Made by a program: the position numbers and the translations under genes. A DNA stretch of 62,373 nt, counting the filler, from a bacterium (GTDB taxonomy: Bacteria > JALSQH01): the NCBI GenBank assembly GCA_026985515.1. It is 6 parts of 6 records of this genome, joined end to end, with 100 filler letters (N's around TTAATTAATTAA, not from the genome) between each part and the next. Parts side by side here need not be neighbours in the genome. Positions count along the whole stretch, not along the records: positions 23,192 to 45,876 come from JALSQH010000260.1; positions 45,977 to 53,095 come from JALSQH010000261.1; 4 more parts are not named here. One strand, written 5' to 3'. Every line of letters begins with the position of its first letter. Within the stretch, counting starts at the first letter, position 1. The notes under the pieces are model-generated. The model was not told where the DNA came from, did no database searches, and was given only the letters and a program-made list of their open reading frames with translations. Shown one piece after another: positions 38,747-49,059 of this stretch.

Positions 38747-40379
38747 ACTCTGCGTACTTCTTCCTTAAAACTTTTTTGTCAATTTTACCAACGCTTGTTT
38801 TGGGAAGCTCATCTACGAAGATGTATCTGTCAGGGACACCATATTTCGGAATTTTCCCCTCTTCGGCCATCTTCTTCATATACTCCTTCAGCTCCTCCGG
38901 AGTCACCTTTCCTCTGTATTCAGGTTTCAGAACGATGATCATGGCAGGTCTTTCACCCCATTTTTCATCAGGTATACCAATTGCTGCTGATTCAGCCACG
39001 GCGGGATGTAGGCTCATCAGATTCTCAAGGTCAAGGGATGAGACCCATTCACCTCCTGATTTGATGACATCTTTTATTCTGTCTGTTATCTGAATATATC
39101 CCTCCTCATCTATGTAGGCCACATCACCGGTATGTAACCACCCATTTCTCCATAGCTCCCTTGTCTTTTCTTCATCTTTGTAGTATCCGGGTGTAAGCCA
39201 TGGAGCCCTCAGAACCAGTTCCCCGGTACTCTTTCCATCGTGGGGAAGTAGATTATCATTTTCATCCACAACTTCAGCCATTACAAGGGGAACAGGCAGA
39301 CCGGTTTTTATAAGAATATCCACCAGCTTTTCCCTGTCCCAATTTTTCATCTTGGGTTTCGGGTAAGCAAGACTTATGAGGGGGCATGTCTCAGACATTC
39401 CATATCCAGCCATAACCGTTATGCCAAGGTCCATTGCCTTAAGAGCCAGTCCCTTTGGCAGTCTTGCACCACCTATGATCACTTTCCATTTTGAAAGATC
39501 AACTTTCTTTGCAACGGGTGCGTCAACAATCATTTGAAGAATTGTGGGTACACAGTGGGAGAAAGTTACTCCTTCCTTTACCAGCAGATTGAAGAGTACT
39601 TCTGGCTCGTATTTTCCTGGATAAACCTGTTTCAAGCCAAGCAATGTGGCAAGGTATGGGACTCCCCATGCATGAACATGGAACATTGGGGTTAAGGGCA
39701 TATACACATCATTAACAGTGATTTTTGCAGGTGAGTCATATGCGGCAGAGGTTGCCAGTCCAAGGGTGTGAAGAACAAGTTTTCTTTGGGTAAAATAGAC
39801 CCCTTTTGGCAATCCTGTTGTGCCGGTAGTGTAGAATATTGAGGCAAGAGTATTTTCATCAAGTTCAGGAAATTCAAACTCCTCATTCCCCTCTTTAAGA
39901 AGAGCTTCATATTCTCCGTCAAAAATGGGATCCTCAACGATTTCATCATCGGTGATCATGATTACCTTTTTCACAGTGGTGAGTTTATCCTTTATTGCTT
40001 TATAAAGAGGGAGAAATTCTTTATTGAGAAAAACTACCTTATCTTCGGCATGGTTGGTAATGTAGATCAGCTGTTCCGGAGAAAGTCTCCAGTTTATTGT
40101 GTGCATAACTGCTCCAAACATTGGAATGGCAAAGAACATCTCCAGATATCTGTGGCTGTCAAAGTCCCATATTCCTATAACATCACCTTTTTTAACTCCC
40201 AGTTTCTCAAGAACAGAACCAAGTTTGTTTATCCTTTTGAAAAGATCACGGTAGGTGTACCTGACCTTGTCTCTGTAAACAATCTCCTGCTCTGGTGCGA
40301 AAAATTTTGGTGTTATAAGGAGCTTATCAAGAGTTAACTGGTAATCATAGGGTTCCCCTGGGTTATATTTTTTGCTCAT
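38745..40379 (-). CDS. Medium/long-chain fatty-acid-CoA ligase (DmdB/AlkK-like)
   Basis: YTTGTTGLPKG, PMFHVHAWG, GYGMSET, DVIKSGGEWVSS, LPKTSVGK. Confidence 0.92.
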   Translation of the reverse strand: MSKKYNPGEPYDYQLTLDKLLITPKFFAPEQEIVYRDKVRYTYRDLFKRINKLGSVLEKLGVKKGDVIGIWDFDSHRYLEMFFAIPMFGAVMHTINWRLSPEQLIYITNHAEDKVVFLNKEFLPLYKAIKDKLTTVKKVIMITDDEIVEDPIFDGEYEALLKEGNEEFEFPELDENTLASIFYTTGTTGLPKGVYFTQRKLVLHTLGLATSAAYDSPAKITVNDVYMPLTPMFHVHAWGVPYLATLLGLKQVYPGKYEPEVLFNLLVKEGVTFSHCVPTILQMIVDAPVAKKVDLSKWKVIIGGARLPKGLALKAMDLGITVMAGYGMSETCPLISLAYPKPKMKNWDREKLVDILIKTGLPVPLVMAEVVDENDNLLPHDGKSTGELVLRAPWLTPGYYKDEEKTRELWRNGWLHTGDVAYIDEEGYIQITDRIKDVIKSGGEWVSSLDLENLMSLHPAVAESAAIGIPDEKWGERPAMIIVLKPEYRGKVTPEELKEYMKKMAEEGKIPKYGVPDRYIFVDELPKTSVGKIDKKVLRKKYAE

Positions 40380-40380
40380 T

Positions 40381-42129
40381 TTACCTCCTCCTTCCAAGGT
40401 TCAGTTCCTCTGCAAACTCTTTCTCAAAGAATTCATATTCACCTCTCTTGTTTTCCTCCTTTAACTTCCTGTCATAAGCCCTCAGTTCTCTTCTCATTAT
40501 TTTCATGCTCACTGTTTTTGGGAATTCCTGCATGAATTCAATTGACCTCGGTCTCTTGTAGGGAGCTATGTTATCCCTGATGAACCTGAAAATATCAAGA
40601 GCTGTCTCTCTTGTGGGTCTGTAATCGGGTTTGAGAACTATAAATGCTTTTGGCACAATTCTTCCCCTATCATCAACGGTTGGTACGACTGCAGCTTCCA
40701 TGACAGGTTCGGCTTCCATCAACTCACTTTCCACCTCAAATGGGCTTATTCTGTAATCGAGGCTCTTGAAAACATCATCTGTTCTCCCGATGAAATAGAG
40801 ATAACCATCTTCATCTCTGTATGCTGAATCACCGGTGAGATACCACCCTCCTTTAAAAATCTCTTTGTTTCTCTGCGGATCATCGTAGCCCACTGTGAGA
40901 CCAAGGGGTCGTGTGGGATAAATTTCTATGGAAATCTGCCCATCTTCTCCGGGCTTGACCTCCTCCAGCTGGTCATTAAGAAGTGCTATTCTGTAGCCCG
41001 GTGCTGGTTTCCCCATTGAGCCCTCTTTTCTTGGCTCCCCTTTGAAATTTCCAACCAGAGCCGTTGTTTCTGTCTGTCCATAGCCCTCCCTTACCGGGAC
41101 ACCAAAGGCATCTTCTATCTTCTTTACCACTTCAGGATTCAGAGGTTCTCCTGCACTCAGAAATTCCCTTATTTTAAAGTTGTACTGAGAGAGATCCTCA
41201 AGGGTGAAGAGTTTCAGAACAGAGAGTGGTGCACATAAAGTGTTGACACCGTACTTCTCTATAATTTTCAGAACGTCCTTTGCTATGAATTGTTTGTATC
41301 TGTAAGTTAGTATTGTTGCTTCTGCATTCCATGGTGCAAAGAAGGAACTCCATGCAAATTTTGCCCATCCTGGAGCACTTATGTTGTAATGGATATCCCC
41401 TGGTTTCACTCCAATCCAGTACATCGTTGTGAGGTGTCCCACAGGATATGATGTATGGGTATGAATGACTAATTTTGGTTTTGATGTTGTACCCGATGTA
41501 AAGAAGAGGAATAATTCATCAGTGGAATAGGTTATGAATGGTGGTGCATAATCCAGTGGATATTTTGTTGATTCGTTAAAATTGATCCAGCAGTTTTCCT
41601 CATCCCTGCAGGGAGTTGTATCACCCACAACGATTTTTGCTTTTAAGGTGTTTAAGATTTCTCCTGCCTTTTCGAATTTATCCACATATGCTGAATGTGC
41701 CACTGCGAATTTTACATTTCCCCTTTCAATTCTGTCTGCCACATCCTTTGGAGGGAGAGAAGTTGCAGCAGGGATTATGGCTCCCCCCGCCTTCATAATT
41801 CCAAGAATCAATTCGTACAGTTCCACAGAGGTGTCCATCATAACGATCACTCTGTCTCCCTTGGAAAGCCCCAGATCTCTCAGGAAGTTTGCCACCTGGT
41901 TGGACCTCTTTCTCATATCTTCATAGGTTACCTTTCTCTCCATTCCGTTTTCATCTGCACAGATAAGAGCCAGCTTTTTGTTACCCCTTGCAATTGTATC
42001 AAAGTAATCGATGGCCCAGTTAAACTGAGTTAGATGGGGCCAATGAAACTTTTCATACGCTTCTCTGTAAGATTTCACGTTGAGGAGAAAATTCCTCAAC
42101 TCAAGAAACTTGTGAAGTTCTCCACTCAT
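40381..42129 (-). CDS. AMP-forming short/medium-chain acyl-CoA synthetase
   Basis: FNWAIDYFD, FTSGTTSKPK, PGWAK, GYGQTET, GRTDDVFKS. Confidence 0.92.
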   Translation of the reverse strand: MSGELHKFLELRNFLLNVKSYREAYEKFHWPHLTQFNWAIDYFDTIARGNKKLALICADENGMERKVTYEDMRKRSNQVANFLRDLGLSKGDRVIVMMDTSVELYELILGIMKAGGAIIPAATSLPPKDVADRIERGNVKFAVAHSAYVDKFEKAGEILNTLKAKIVVGDTTPCRDEENCWINFNESTKYPLDYAPPFITYSTDELFLFFTSGTTSKPKLVIHTHTSYPVGHLTTMYWIGVKPGDIHYNISAPGWAKFAWSSFFAPWNAEATILTYRYKQFIAKDVLKIIEKYGVNTLCAPLSVLKLFTLEDLSQYNFKIREFLSAGEPLNPEVVKKIEDAFGVPVREGYGQTETTALVGNFKGEPRKEGSMGKPAPGYRIALLNDQLEEVKPGEDGQISIEIYPTRPLGLTVGYDDPQRNKEIFKGGWYLTGDSAYRDEDGYLYFIGRTDDVFKSLDYRISPFEVESELMEAEPVMEAAVVPTVDDRGRIVPKAFIVLKPDYRPTRETALDIFRFIRDNIAPYKRPRSIEFMQEFPKTVSMKIMRRELRAYDRKLKEENKRGEYEFFEKEFAEELNLGRRR

Positions 42130-42154
42130 CTTTCCCTCCTTTTTGTTTTTTTAA

Positions 42155-42184
42155 AGAGTAGCACTATTTATTGAGATATGTCAA
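42155..42184 (-). promoter_or_regulatory. Probable promoter of the acyl-CoA ligase pair
   Basis: Minus strand TTGACA-18 bp-TACTCT with an extended TG. Confidence 0.5.
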
Positions 42185-42193
42185 AACATATAA

Positions 42194-42209
42194 TGTTTCA
42201 CGTGAATCA
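42194..42209. promoter_or_regulatory. parS: parS centromere-like site
   Basis: TGTTTCACGTGAATCA, 15/16 match to the palindromic consensus TGTTTCACGTGAAACA; intergenic, upstream of mnmG, origin-proximal. Confidence 0.85.
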
Positions 42210-42271
42210 TTCGGCTGAAATAGGGGAAAGAAAGAAAAAATTGTGTATAATTAACTAAAAGGGGTGGTGAT

Positions 42272-44182
42272 ATGGCTATTGTTTATGATAAGAAGTATGA
42301 TGTGATTGTTGTGGGTGGTGGGCATGCAGGAATTGAGGCGGCCCTTGCTGCGGCAAGAATGGGTGCACAAACCCTTATGCTCACCATTAACCTTGATATG
42401 ATAGGACAGATGAGCTGTAACCCTGCCATAGGAGGGCTGGCAAAGGGGAATCTGGTTAAGGAGATCGATGCTCTTGGTGGTGAGATGGCTCTTGCCATAG
42501 ATGAGACTGGAATTCAGTTCAGAAAACTGAACACAAGTAAGGGGCCTGCGGTTCAGGGAACCAGAGCACAGGCAGACAGGCTTCTCTACCGTAAGAGAAT
42601 GAAGAAGACAATTGAAAATCAAAAGAATCTCGATGTAAAGCAGCATATTGTAACGAAACTTCTTGTTGAGAACAATAAGATATATGGCGTGGAAACAGCT
42701 ATTGGTCTGCAGTTTCTTGCACCAGTTGTGATCCTGACAACTGGAACTTTTATGAGGGGTTTGATCCACATCGGTCTCAAGCATTACAGTGGAGGACGCC
42801 TTGCTGAGCCGCCTTCCTCTCAGTTAACTGAGTCGTGGATAAAACTTGGCTTCAGGGTTGGTAGATTGAAGACCGGTACAACACCGAGGCTGGATGGCAG
42901 AACGATTGACTGGGATAAACTTGAACCACAGTATGGTGATGAGCCCCCGCCTCCCTTTTCCTTTTTGACTGAAAAAATAGAAAGAGAGCAGGTACCCTGC
43001 TACATAACCTACACCAATGATATAACCCATTCTATTATAAGGTCAGGTCTTGACAGGAGTCCCATCTACACAGGTGTTATCAAGAGTGTTGGTCCCAGGT
43101 ATTGTCCCTCCATTGAGGATAAAATTGTGAAATTTCCCCACAGGGAGAGGCACCAGATATTTCTTGAGCCTGAGGGGCTTGAAACAAATGAAGTTTATCC
43201 GAATGGTCTTGCCACAAGCTTGCCTTACGATGTTCAGGTTAAGATGCTGAGGTCAATAGAGGGTCTTGAGCATGTGGAGATAATGAGACCCGGTTACGCC
43301 ATTGAGTATGATTATGTTGATCCAACTGAACTTCAGCCATGGCTTGAGACAAAGAGAGTGGAAGGACTCTTTCACGCGGGACAGATCAACGGAACAAGTG
43401 GTTATGAGGAGGCGGCAGCTCAGGGGATCATTGCGGGGATCAATGCAGTTCTGAAACTTCGTGGAGAGGAACCCCTCGTGTTGAAGAGGTCAGAGGCATT
43501 TATTGGTGTTCTCGTAGATGATCTTGTCACAAAGGGAACCAATGAGCCATACAGGATGTTTACAAGTAGGGCTGAGTACAGACTCCATCTGCGAGAAGAT
43601 AACGCTGATCAGAGGTTGACCCCCATAGGAAGGAAGATCGGTCTTGTCGATGATTACAGGTGGAAGGTTTTTACTGAAAAGATGAAACAGATAAAGGAAG
43701 AGATGGAGCGATTGAAGAATACAAAGGTGAAGATGAACGACAGAGCAAAGGAGATTTTGAGAAAATATGGAATAAACCCTCCAAGGGAAAGTGTGTCAGC
43801 CTATAATCTCCTGAAAAGACCGGAGATGAATTACCAGATCTTAAGGGAACTGGGATATGGACGTGACGATCTGAGAAGGGATGCCGTTGAGGAGATTGAG
43901 ATAATGATAAAGTATGAGGGTTACATAAAACGACAGGAGGAGGAGATAAAGAGATTTGAAAAGATTGAGTCAATAAAAATTCCTGAAGAGATCGATTACT
44001 CAGTAATTCCCGGTCTATCAAAAGAGATTGTGGAGAAACTCACAAAAATAAGACCTAAAAATCTTGGACAGGCAAGCAGAATAAGTGGTGTGACTCCAGC
44101 AGCCATTTCCATACTTGAGATTTACATAAAAAGTGGTAAATGGAAAAAGATGAAGGAAAAGAAAAGTGAAAAGGGAAGGTAG
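42272..44182 (+). CDS. mnmG: tRNA uridine modification enzyme MnmG (GidA)
   Basis: [49 protein letters not shown]. Confidence 0.98.
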   Translation: MAIVYDKKYDVIVVGGGHAGIEAALAAARMGAQTLMLTINLDMIGQMSCNPAIGGLAKGNLVKEIDALGGEMALAIDETGIQFRKLNTSKGPAVQGTRAQADRLLYRKRMKKTIENQKNLDVKQHIVTKLLVENNKIYGVETAIGLQFLAPVVILTTGTFMRGLIHIGLKHYSGGRLAEPPSSQLTESWIKLGFRVGRLKTGTTPRLDGRTIDWDKLEPQYGDEPPPPFSFLTEKIEREQVPCYITYTNDITHSIIRSGLDRSPIYTGVIKSVGPRYCPSIEDKIVKFPHRERHQIFLEPEGLETNEVYPNGLATSLPYDVQVKMLRSIEGLEHVEIMRPGYAIEYDYVDPTELQPWLETKRVEGLFHAGQINGTSGYEEAAAQGIIAGINAVLKLRGEEPLVLKRSEAFIGVLVDDLVTKGTNEPYRMFTSRAEYRLHLREDNADQRLTPIGRKIGLVDDYRWKVFTEKMKQIKEEMERLKNTKVKMNDRAKEILRKYGINPPRESVSAYNLLKRPEMNYQILRELGYGRDDLRRDAVEEIEIMIKYEGYIKRQEEEIKRFEKIESIKIPEEIDYSVIPGLSKEIVEKLTKIRPKNLGQASRISGVTPAAISILEIYIKSGKWKKMKEKKSEKGR

Positions 44183-44834
44183 AATAGCGGCTTTCTTCGA
44201 TTTTGATGGTACCCTTATCAGGGGTGAAAGTGGTAAGTATGGATTCAAATTTTTGCGTGAGAAAGGTTTTAAAATGTCCCTGCCCTTTTTACTTAAAGCT
44301 TTTTCATATTACGGCCTTTACAAATTGAACAGAATCACAGAAGCGGAAATGTCTGACATCCTCCTCAATTTTTACAGGGGGAGAAGAGAGGAAGAATTTG
44401 AGCAGTATCTTCCGGAGTTTTACCACAGGTACATAGAAAAGGATCTCTCGCCTGTGATTATGGAGAGGATAGAATATCACAGAAAACAGGGACACCTTCT
44501 GGTTATTGCCTCAGCTTCGCTCTGTTATTTTATGAATTATGTTAAAGATAGACTCTCCTTTGATTATGCTCTCTGTACCGAACTTGAGAAGGATGAAAAT
44601 GGGGTATTAACAGGCAGACCTCTTGAAAATATCTGTATTGGTGAATTTAAGAGAAGGTGTGTGGAGAGATTTGCCTCTGAGCATGGAGTTGATCTTTCCC
44701 TCTCCTATGGATATGGAAATCACCACAATGATATAGAATTTCTCTCAATTGTGGGCCATCCTGTAGTTGTGAACCCCACAAAGATCCTGGAAAACTATGC
44801 CCGCCAGAGGGGATGGGAGATAGTGAGGGGGTAA
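44166..44834 (+). CDS. HAD-IB family hydrolase
   Basis: [13 protein letters not shown], YGYGNxxNDxxFL, VVNP. Confidence 0.9.
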   Translation: MKREGRIAAFFDFDGTLIRGESGKYGFKFLREKGFKMSLPFLLKAFSYYGLYKLNRITEAEMSDILLNFYRGRREEEFEQYLPEFYHRYIEKDLSPVIMERIEYHRKQGHLLVIASASLCYFMNYVKDRLSFDYALCTELEKDENGVLTGRPLENICIGEFKRRCVERFASEHGVDLSLSYGYGNHHNDIEFLSIVGHPVVVNPTKILENYARQRGWEIVRG

Positions 44835-44913
44835 CCCCCTTGAAAAATCTTACTAAAATACTATATTATTAAAAAAGTTTTTCCTTAAGAAAATCTGGAG
44901 GAGGTTACTGGAA

Positions 44914-45849
44914 ATGGAAAAGTATGATGCCATAATCATCGGAGGTGGACCTGCTGGTTACACTGCCGGGATCTATCTCGCGAGAGCTGCAAGAAATGTT
45001 CTTCTGTTTGAGGGGGTGCCGGGGGGACAGGCAGGAACTACAGATTTGATTGAAAATTATCCCGGTTTCCCCGAAGGAATTTCCGGCGCAGATTTAATGG
45101 AGAAATTCAAGCATCAGGCTGTGAAATTTGGATTGAAGATAAAGGATGGTATGGTGGATTCTGTGGAGGTGAGAGAGGGGAAAAAGATTGTGAAGGTCAG
45201 GGAGCAGGAGTATGTGGCTGATGCCCTTGTAATTGCCACAGGTGCCGATGCAAATAAATTAGGTGTCCCCGGCGAAGAGGAGTACAGAGGAAGAGGTGTT
45301 TCCTACTGCGCCACATGTGATGGTGCCTTCTTTAAAAATGTTCCCATAGTGGTTGTTGGTGGTGGTGATTCTGCAGTGAAGGAAGCAGTTTACCTTACTC
45401 AATTTGGTTCAAAGGTGTACATAGTGCACAGAAGGGATAAGCTGAGAGCTGAGAAGGCCAATCAGGAAATGGCATTCAAAAATGAGAAAATTGAATTTGT
45501 CTGGAACAGTGTGGTTGAGGAAATCATAGGTGATAAACTGGGTGTAACTGGTGTAAGAATCAGAAATGTGAAGACTGGTGAGACTAAGGTGATCGATGCA
45601 GAAGGTGTGTTCATCTATGTTGGAGTGACTCCCAACACCGCTTTTCTTGGAGACCTTGTTGAAAAGGATGAGAAGGGATACATAATTACAAATGAGAATA
45701 TGGAGACAAACATACCTGGAATTTACGCTGCCGGGGATTGCAGAAAAAAACTCCTGTATCAGGTTGCTACGGCAGTTGGTGACGCAGCCACTGCTGCATG
45801 GGCCGCTGAGGAGTATCTTGAGAGACTGGAAGCTGGACAGGAGGTATAA
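44914..45849 (+). CDS. trxB: Thioredoxin-disulfide reductase
   Basis: GGGPAG, GVSYCATCDG, VVGGGDSA, HRRD, AAGD. Confidence 0.96.
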   Translation: MEKYDAIIIGGGPAGYTAGIYLARAARNVLLFEGVPGGQAGTTDLIENYPGFPEGISGADLMEKFKHQAVKFGLKIKDGMVDSVEVREGKKIVKVREQEYVADALVIATGADANKLGVPGEEEYRGRGVSYCATCDGAFFKNVPIVVVGGGDSAVKEAVYLTQFGSKVYIVHRRDKLRAEKANQEMAFKNEKIEFVWNSVVEEIIGDKLGVTGVRIRNVKTGETKVIDAEGVFIYVGVTPNTAFLGDLVEKDEKGYIITNENMETNIPGIYAAGDCRKKLLYQVATAVGDAATAAWAAEEYLERLEAGQEV

Positions 45850-45875
45850 AAGGGGGGTTAATCCCCCCTTCTTTT
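45848..45875 (+). terminator. Intrinsic terminator
   Basis: AAGGGGGG-TTAAT-CCCCCCTT hairpin followed by CTTTT. Confidence 0.75.
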
Positions 45876-45876
45876 G

Positions 45877-45976
45877 NNNNNNNNNNNNNNNNNNNNNNNN
45901 NNNNNNNNNNNNNNNNNNNNTTAATTAATTAANNNNNNNNNNNNNNNNNNNNNNNNNNNNNNNNNNNNNNNNNNNN
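45877..45976. other. Assembly linker
   Basis: N44-TTAATTAATTAA-N44. Confidence 0.98.
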
Positions 45977-46330
45977 AAGGAGATAATCCTCGGAATGACC
46001 CGTGATCCATCTTTTGGACCCCTCATCATGTTTGGTCTGGGAGGTATTTATGTTGAAGTTCTGAAGGATGTTTCCTTCAGAATAGCACCAATACCCGTCG
46101 ATGAGGTTCCACAGATGGTGAGGGAAATAAAATCGTACCCCTTGCTGGCAGGAGTCAGAGGAGAAAAAAGCATTGATTTCAATACACTCTACGATATGAT
46201 TTTAAGACTCTCTCAGCTTGTCGTGGATTTTCCCGAGATAGCCGAACTTGATCTAAATCCGGTGAAATTATTGCCGAAGGGTAAGAAATCATATGCCCTT
46301 GACGCAAGAATAACCCTTACAGCCAATTAA
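45977..46330 (+). CDS. C-terminal ATP-grasp part of an ADP-forming acyl-CoA ligase; truncated by linker
   Basis: DPSFGPLIMFGLGGIYVEVLKDV, ELDLNPV, LDARI. Confidence 0.9.
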   Translation, partial: KEIILGMTRDPSFGPLIMFGLGGIYVEVLKDVSFRIAPIPVDEVPQMVREIKSYPLLAGVRGEKSIDFNTLYDMILRLSQLVVDFPEIAELDLNPVKLLPKGKKSYALDARITLTAN

Positions 46331-46344
46331 GAAAGGAGGAAAAT

Positions 46345-47400
46345 ATGAAAAAGGCCATCTATATCGGATCGCTTCTGCCATATACAGGAAAGAGCATTAT
46401 ATCTCTTGCCCTCGCTCACCTTCTCAAGGAGCAGGGAAAGGAAGTGGGGTATTTCAAACCATTTGGGAAATTTCCTGTCCTCTACGGTGACACATATGTT
46501 GATCAGGATGTGGTAATTGCCAAAGAAACCCTTGGACTTGAATGTGATGTAAAGGAGCTCTCACCTGTTGTACTTACTCAGGATCTAAAACTGAAAGCGT
46601 TGAAGGGGGAAATCCCCTCTCCATTCAGAAAAATCAAAAAAGCCTTCAATTCTGTTTGTGTAAAAAAGGATTTTGTTATCGTTGGTGGGTCCAATTTTCT
46701 GGCAGATGGTGCATTTCTTGGAATATCAGGATATGAACTCATAAAAAAACTCAATCTTCATGCAGTAATCGTTGAGAAACTTGATGCGGAACTTCTCGTG
46801 GATCCGGTCCTTGTTACCAAAGAAAGGCTGAAGGAGAAGATGATTGGAGTAATCCTTAACAGGGTAAAACCTGAGTTAATGGAATATGTTGACGAATTGA
46901 TCATTCCCTTTCTCACCAGGAAGGGAGTGGAGGTGTTAGGTGTCATACCTGAGGAACCGGTACTTGCAGCCATAACGATGAGAGAAATTCTTGAAAGTGT
47001 GGGAGGAAGAGTTGTTGTGGGTGAAGAAGCACTTGATAATCTTGTTGAACGAATTATGATTGGAGCAATGGATGTTGAAAGTGCTTTGAGACACTTCAGA
47101 AAAGTACGAAATAAGGTCGTAATAACCGGGGGCCACAGATCCGATATTATTCTGGCAGCTCTGGAAACATCTACAAAGGGAATTGTGGTAACAGGAGGGG
47201 TTGTTCCAAATGAACTTATTCTTTCCAAAGCAGCTGAGAGAAGTGTACCTGTAATTGTAACTGATGAAGATACCTTTACAATTGTGGATAAGATTGATTC
47301 TATTTTTGGAAAGGCAAGAATCAGTGATCCACGAAGAATACAGAAAGGGATTGAACTGGTGAAGTCAAGGGTTAATATTTCAAAAATCATTGAAACATAA
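46345..47400 (+). CDS. Phosphotransacetylase N-terminal-like protein (BioD-like P-loop + DRTGG domain, no catalytic PTA domain)
   Basis: [23 protein letters not shown]. Confidence 0.88.
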   Translation: MKKAIYIGSLLPYTGKSIISLALAHLLKEQGKEVGYFKPFGKFPVLYGDTYVDQDVVIAKETLGLECDVKELSPVVLTQDLKLKALKGEIPSPFRKIKKAFNSVCVKKDFVIVGGSNFLADGAFLGISGYELIKKLNLHAVIVEKLDAELLVDPVLVTKERLKEKMIGVILNRVKPELMEYVDELIIPFLTRKGVEVLGVIPEEPVLAAITMREILESVGGRVVVGEEALDNLVERIMIGAMDVESALRHFRKVRNKVVITGGHRSDIILAALETSTKGIVVTGGVVPNELILSKAAERSVPVIVTDEDTFTIVDKIDSIFGKARISDPRRIQKGIELVKSRVNISKIIET

Positions 47401-47414
47401 AAGGAGGAAGTAAA

Positions 47415-48266
47415 ATGGAAATAAAAACCATAGGAGTCGCTGGTGCGGGTCAGATGGGAAGCGGAATTGCTCAGGTGGCTGCGACTTCGGGATATGAAGT
47501 GATTCTGAATGATATTTCTGAAGAGTTTTTACAGAGGGGTTTAAATAACATCTCAAAAAGCCTTGCAAAATTTGTCTCCAAAGGAAAATTAAAGGAAGGA
47601 GAAGATAAGGAGATACTTTCCAGAATAAAAACAACCACTTCCCTTGATGATTTTAAAGATGTTGATTTTGTTGTGGAAGCTGCCACTGAAAATGAAAACA
47701 TTAAGTTTGAAATATTCAAAAAACTTGACGCAATCACGAGAGATGATATCATTCTCGCAAGCAACACATCTTCAATTTCAATAACAAAAATTTCTGCCCA
47801 GACAAAAAGGCCTGATAAAGTAATAGGTATGCACTTCATGAATCCCGTACCTCTCATGCAACTTGTGGAAATAATTAAGGGGCTTGCTACCTCGGATGAA
47901 ACCTACGAAACCACAAAGAAGCTTGCTGAATCAATGGGGAAAACCACCGTACTTGCTCAGGATTATCCTGGATTCATTGTAAATAGAATTCTTCTTCCAA
48001 TGATAAATGAAGCTGTGTATGCCCTGATGGAGGGTGTGGGAAGTGTTGAGGATATTGATACAGCGATGAAGCTGGGCACAAATCAGCCAATGGGTCCCCT
48101 CGCTCTTGCAGATCTGATTGGACTTGATACATGTCTTGCAATAATGGAAGTTCTACACAAAGAACTTGGAGACAGTAAATACAGGCCATGCCCTCTCCTT
48201 AAAAAATATGTGGCAGCTGGATGGCTTGGAAGAAAAACAGGTAGAGGTTTCTATAAATATGAATAG
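47415..48266 (+). CDS. hbd: 3-hydroxybutyryl-CoA dehydrogenase
   Basis: [41 protein letters not shown]. Confidence 0.95.
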   Translation: MEIKTIGVAGAGQMGSGIAQVAATSGYEVILNDISEEFLQRGLNNISKSLAKFVSKGKLKEGEDKEILSRIKTTTSLDDFKDVDFVVEAATENENIKFEIFKKLDAITRDDIILASNTSSISITKISAQTKRPDKVIGMHFMNPVPLMQLVEIIKGLATSDETYETTKKLAESMGKTTVLAQDYPGFIVNRILLPMINEAVYALMEGVGSVEDIDTAMKLGTNQPMGPLALADLIGLDTCLAIMEVLHKELGDSKYRPCPLLKKYVAAGWLGRKTGRGFYKYE

Positions 48267-48275
48267 GAGGTAAAA

Positions 48276-49058
48276 ATGGGTGAGTACAAAAACATAATTC
48301 TGGAATTTGACCCACCTGCTGCCATTTTAAAAGTCAATAGACCCAGAGCACTCAATGCCCTTAATCCAGAAACAATTAGAGAACTTTCAGAAGCCCTCGA
48401 TGAGATTCTTAACCACAAAGAGATAAGAGGTGTCATTCTCACTGGCGAGGGTGAAAAGGCGTTTATTGCAGGAGCAGATATTTCCAGAATGCCTGATATG
48501 TCTCCTCAGGAAGCGGAAAGATTTGCTGAGGAGGGTCAGAAATTAACTCTAAAAATGGAAGAGTATCCCCTTCCAATAATTGCAGCGGTCAATGGTTATG
48601 CTCTTGGTGGAGGAACTGAACTTGCCCTTGCATGCGATTTCATCTATGCTTCACCAAAAGCTGTTTTTGGGCAACCAGAAGTCAATCTGGGAATTATACC
48701 TGGATTCGGCGGAACCCAGAGACTTGCAAGGGTCGTTGGTGTAAATCAGGCAATGGAAATTATACTTACCGGAAGGCACATTCCTGCAGAAGAAGCCTAC
48801 AGAATTGGACTTGTAAACAAACTGGTAGAGGGTGATCTCATTGAGGAAGCCAAAAAGACAATTTCAGAAATTGCAGGTAGAGGCCCACTGGCGGTAATGT
48901 ACGCCAAGAAAGCAGTGAGGCGTGGCCTCGAACTTGCCATAGAAGCAGGTCTGGAACTTGAAAGATCCCTTTTTGGTCTGGTTTTTGCGTCTGAGGACAG
49001 AATCGAAGGCGTAAAAGCATTCCTGGAAAAGAGAAAACCTGAATTTAAAGGAAAATAA
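48276..49058 (+). CDS. crt: Enoyl-CoA hydratase (crotonase)
   Basis: AFIAGADI, GYALGGGxELALACD, GQPEVNLGIIPGFGGTQRL. Confidence 0.93.
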   Translation: MGEYKNIILEFDPPAAILKVNRPRALNALNPETIRELSEALDEILNHKEIRGVILTGEGEKAFIAGADISRMPDMSPQEAERFAEEGQKLTLKMEEYPLPIIAAVNGYALGGGTELALACDFIYASPKAVFGQPEVNLGIIPGFGGTQRLARVVGVNQAMEIILTGRHIPAEEAYRIGLVNKLVEGDLIEEAKKTISEIAGRGPLAVMYAKKAVRRGLELAIEAGLELERSLFGLVFASEDRIEGVKAFLEKRKPEFKGK

Positions 49059-49059
49059 T

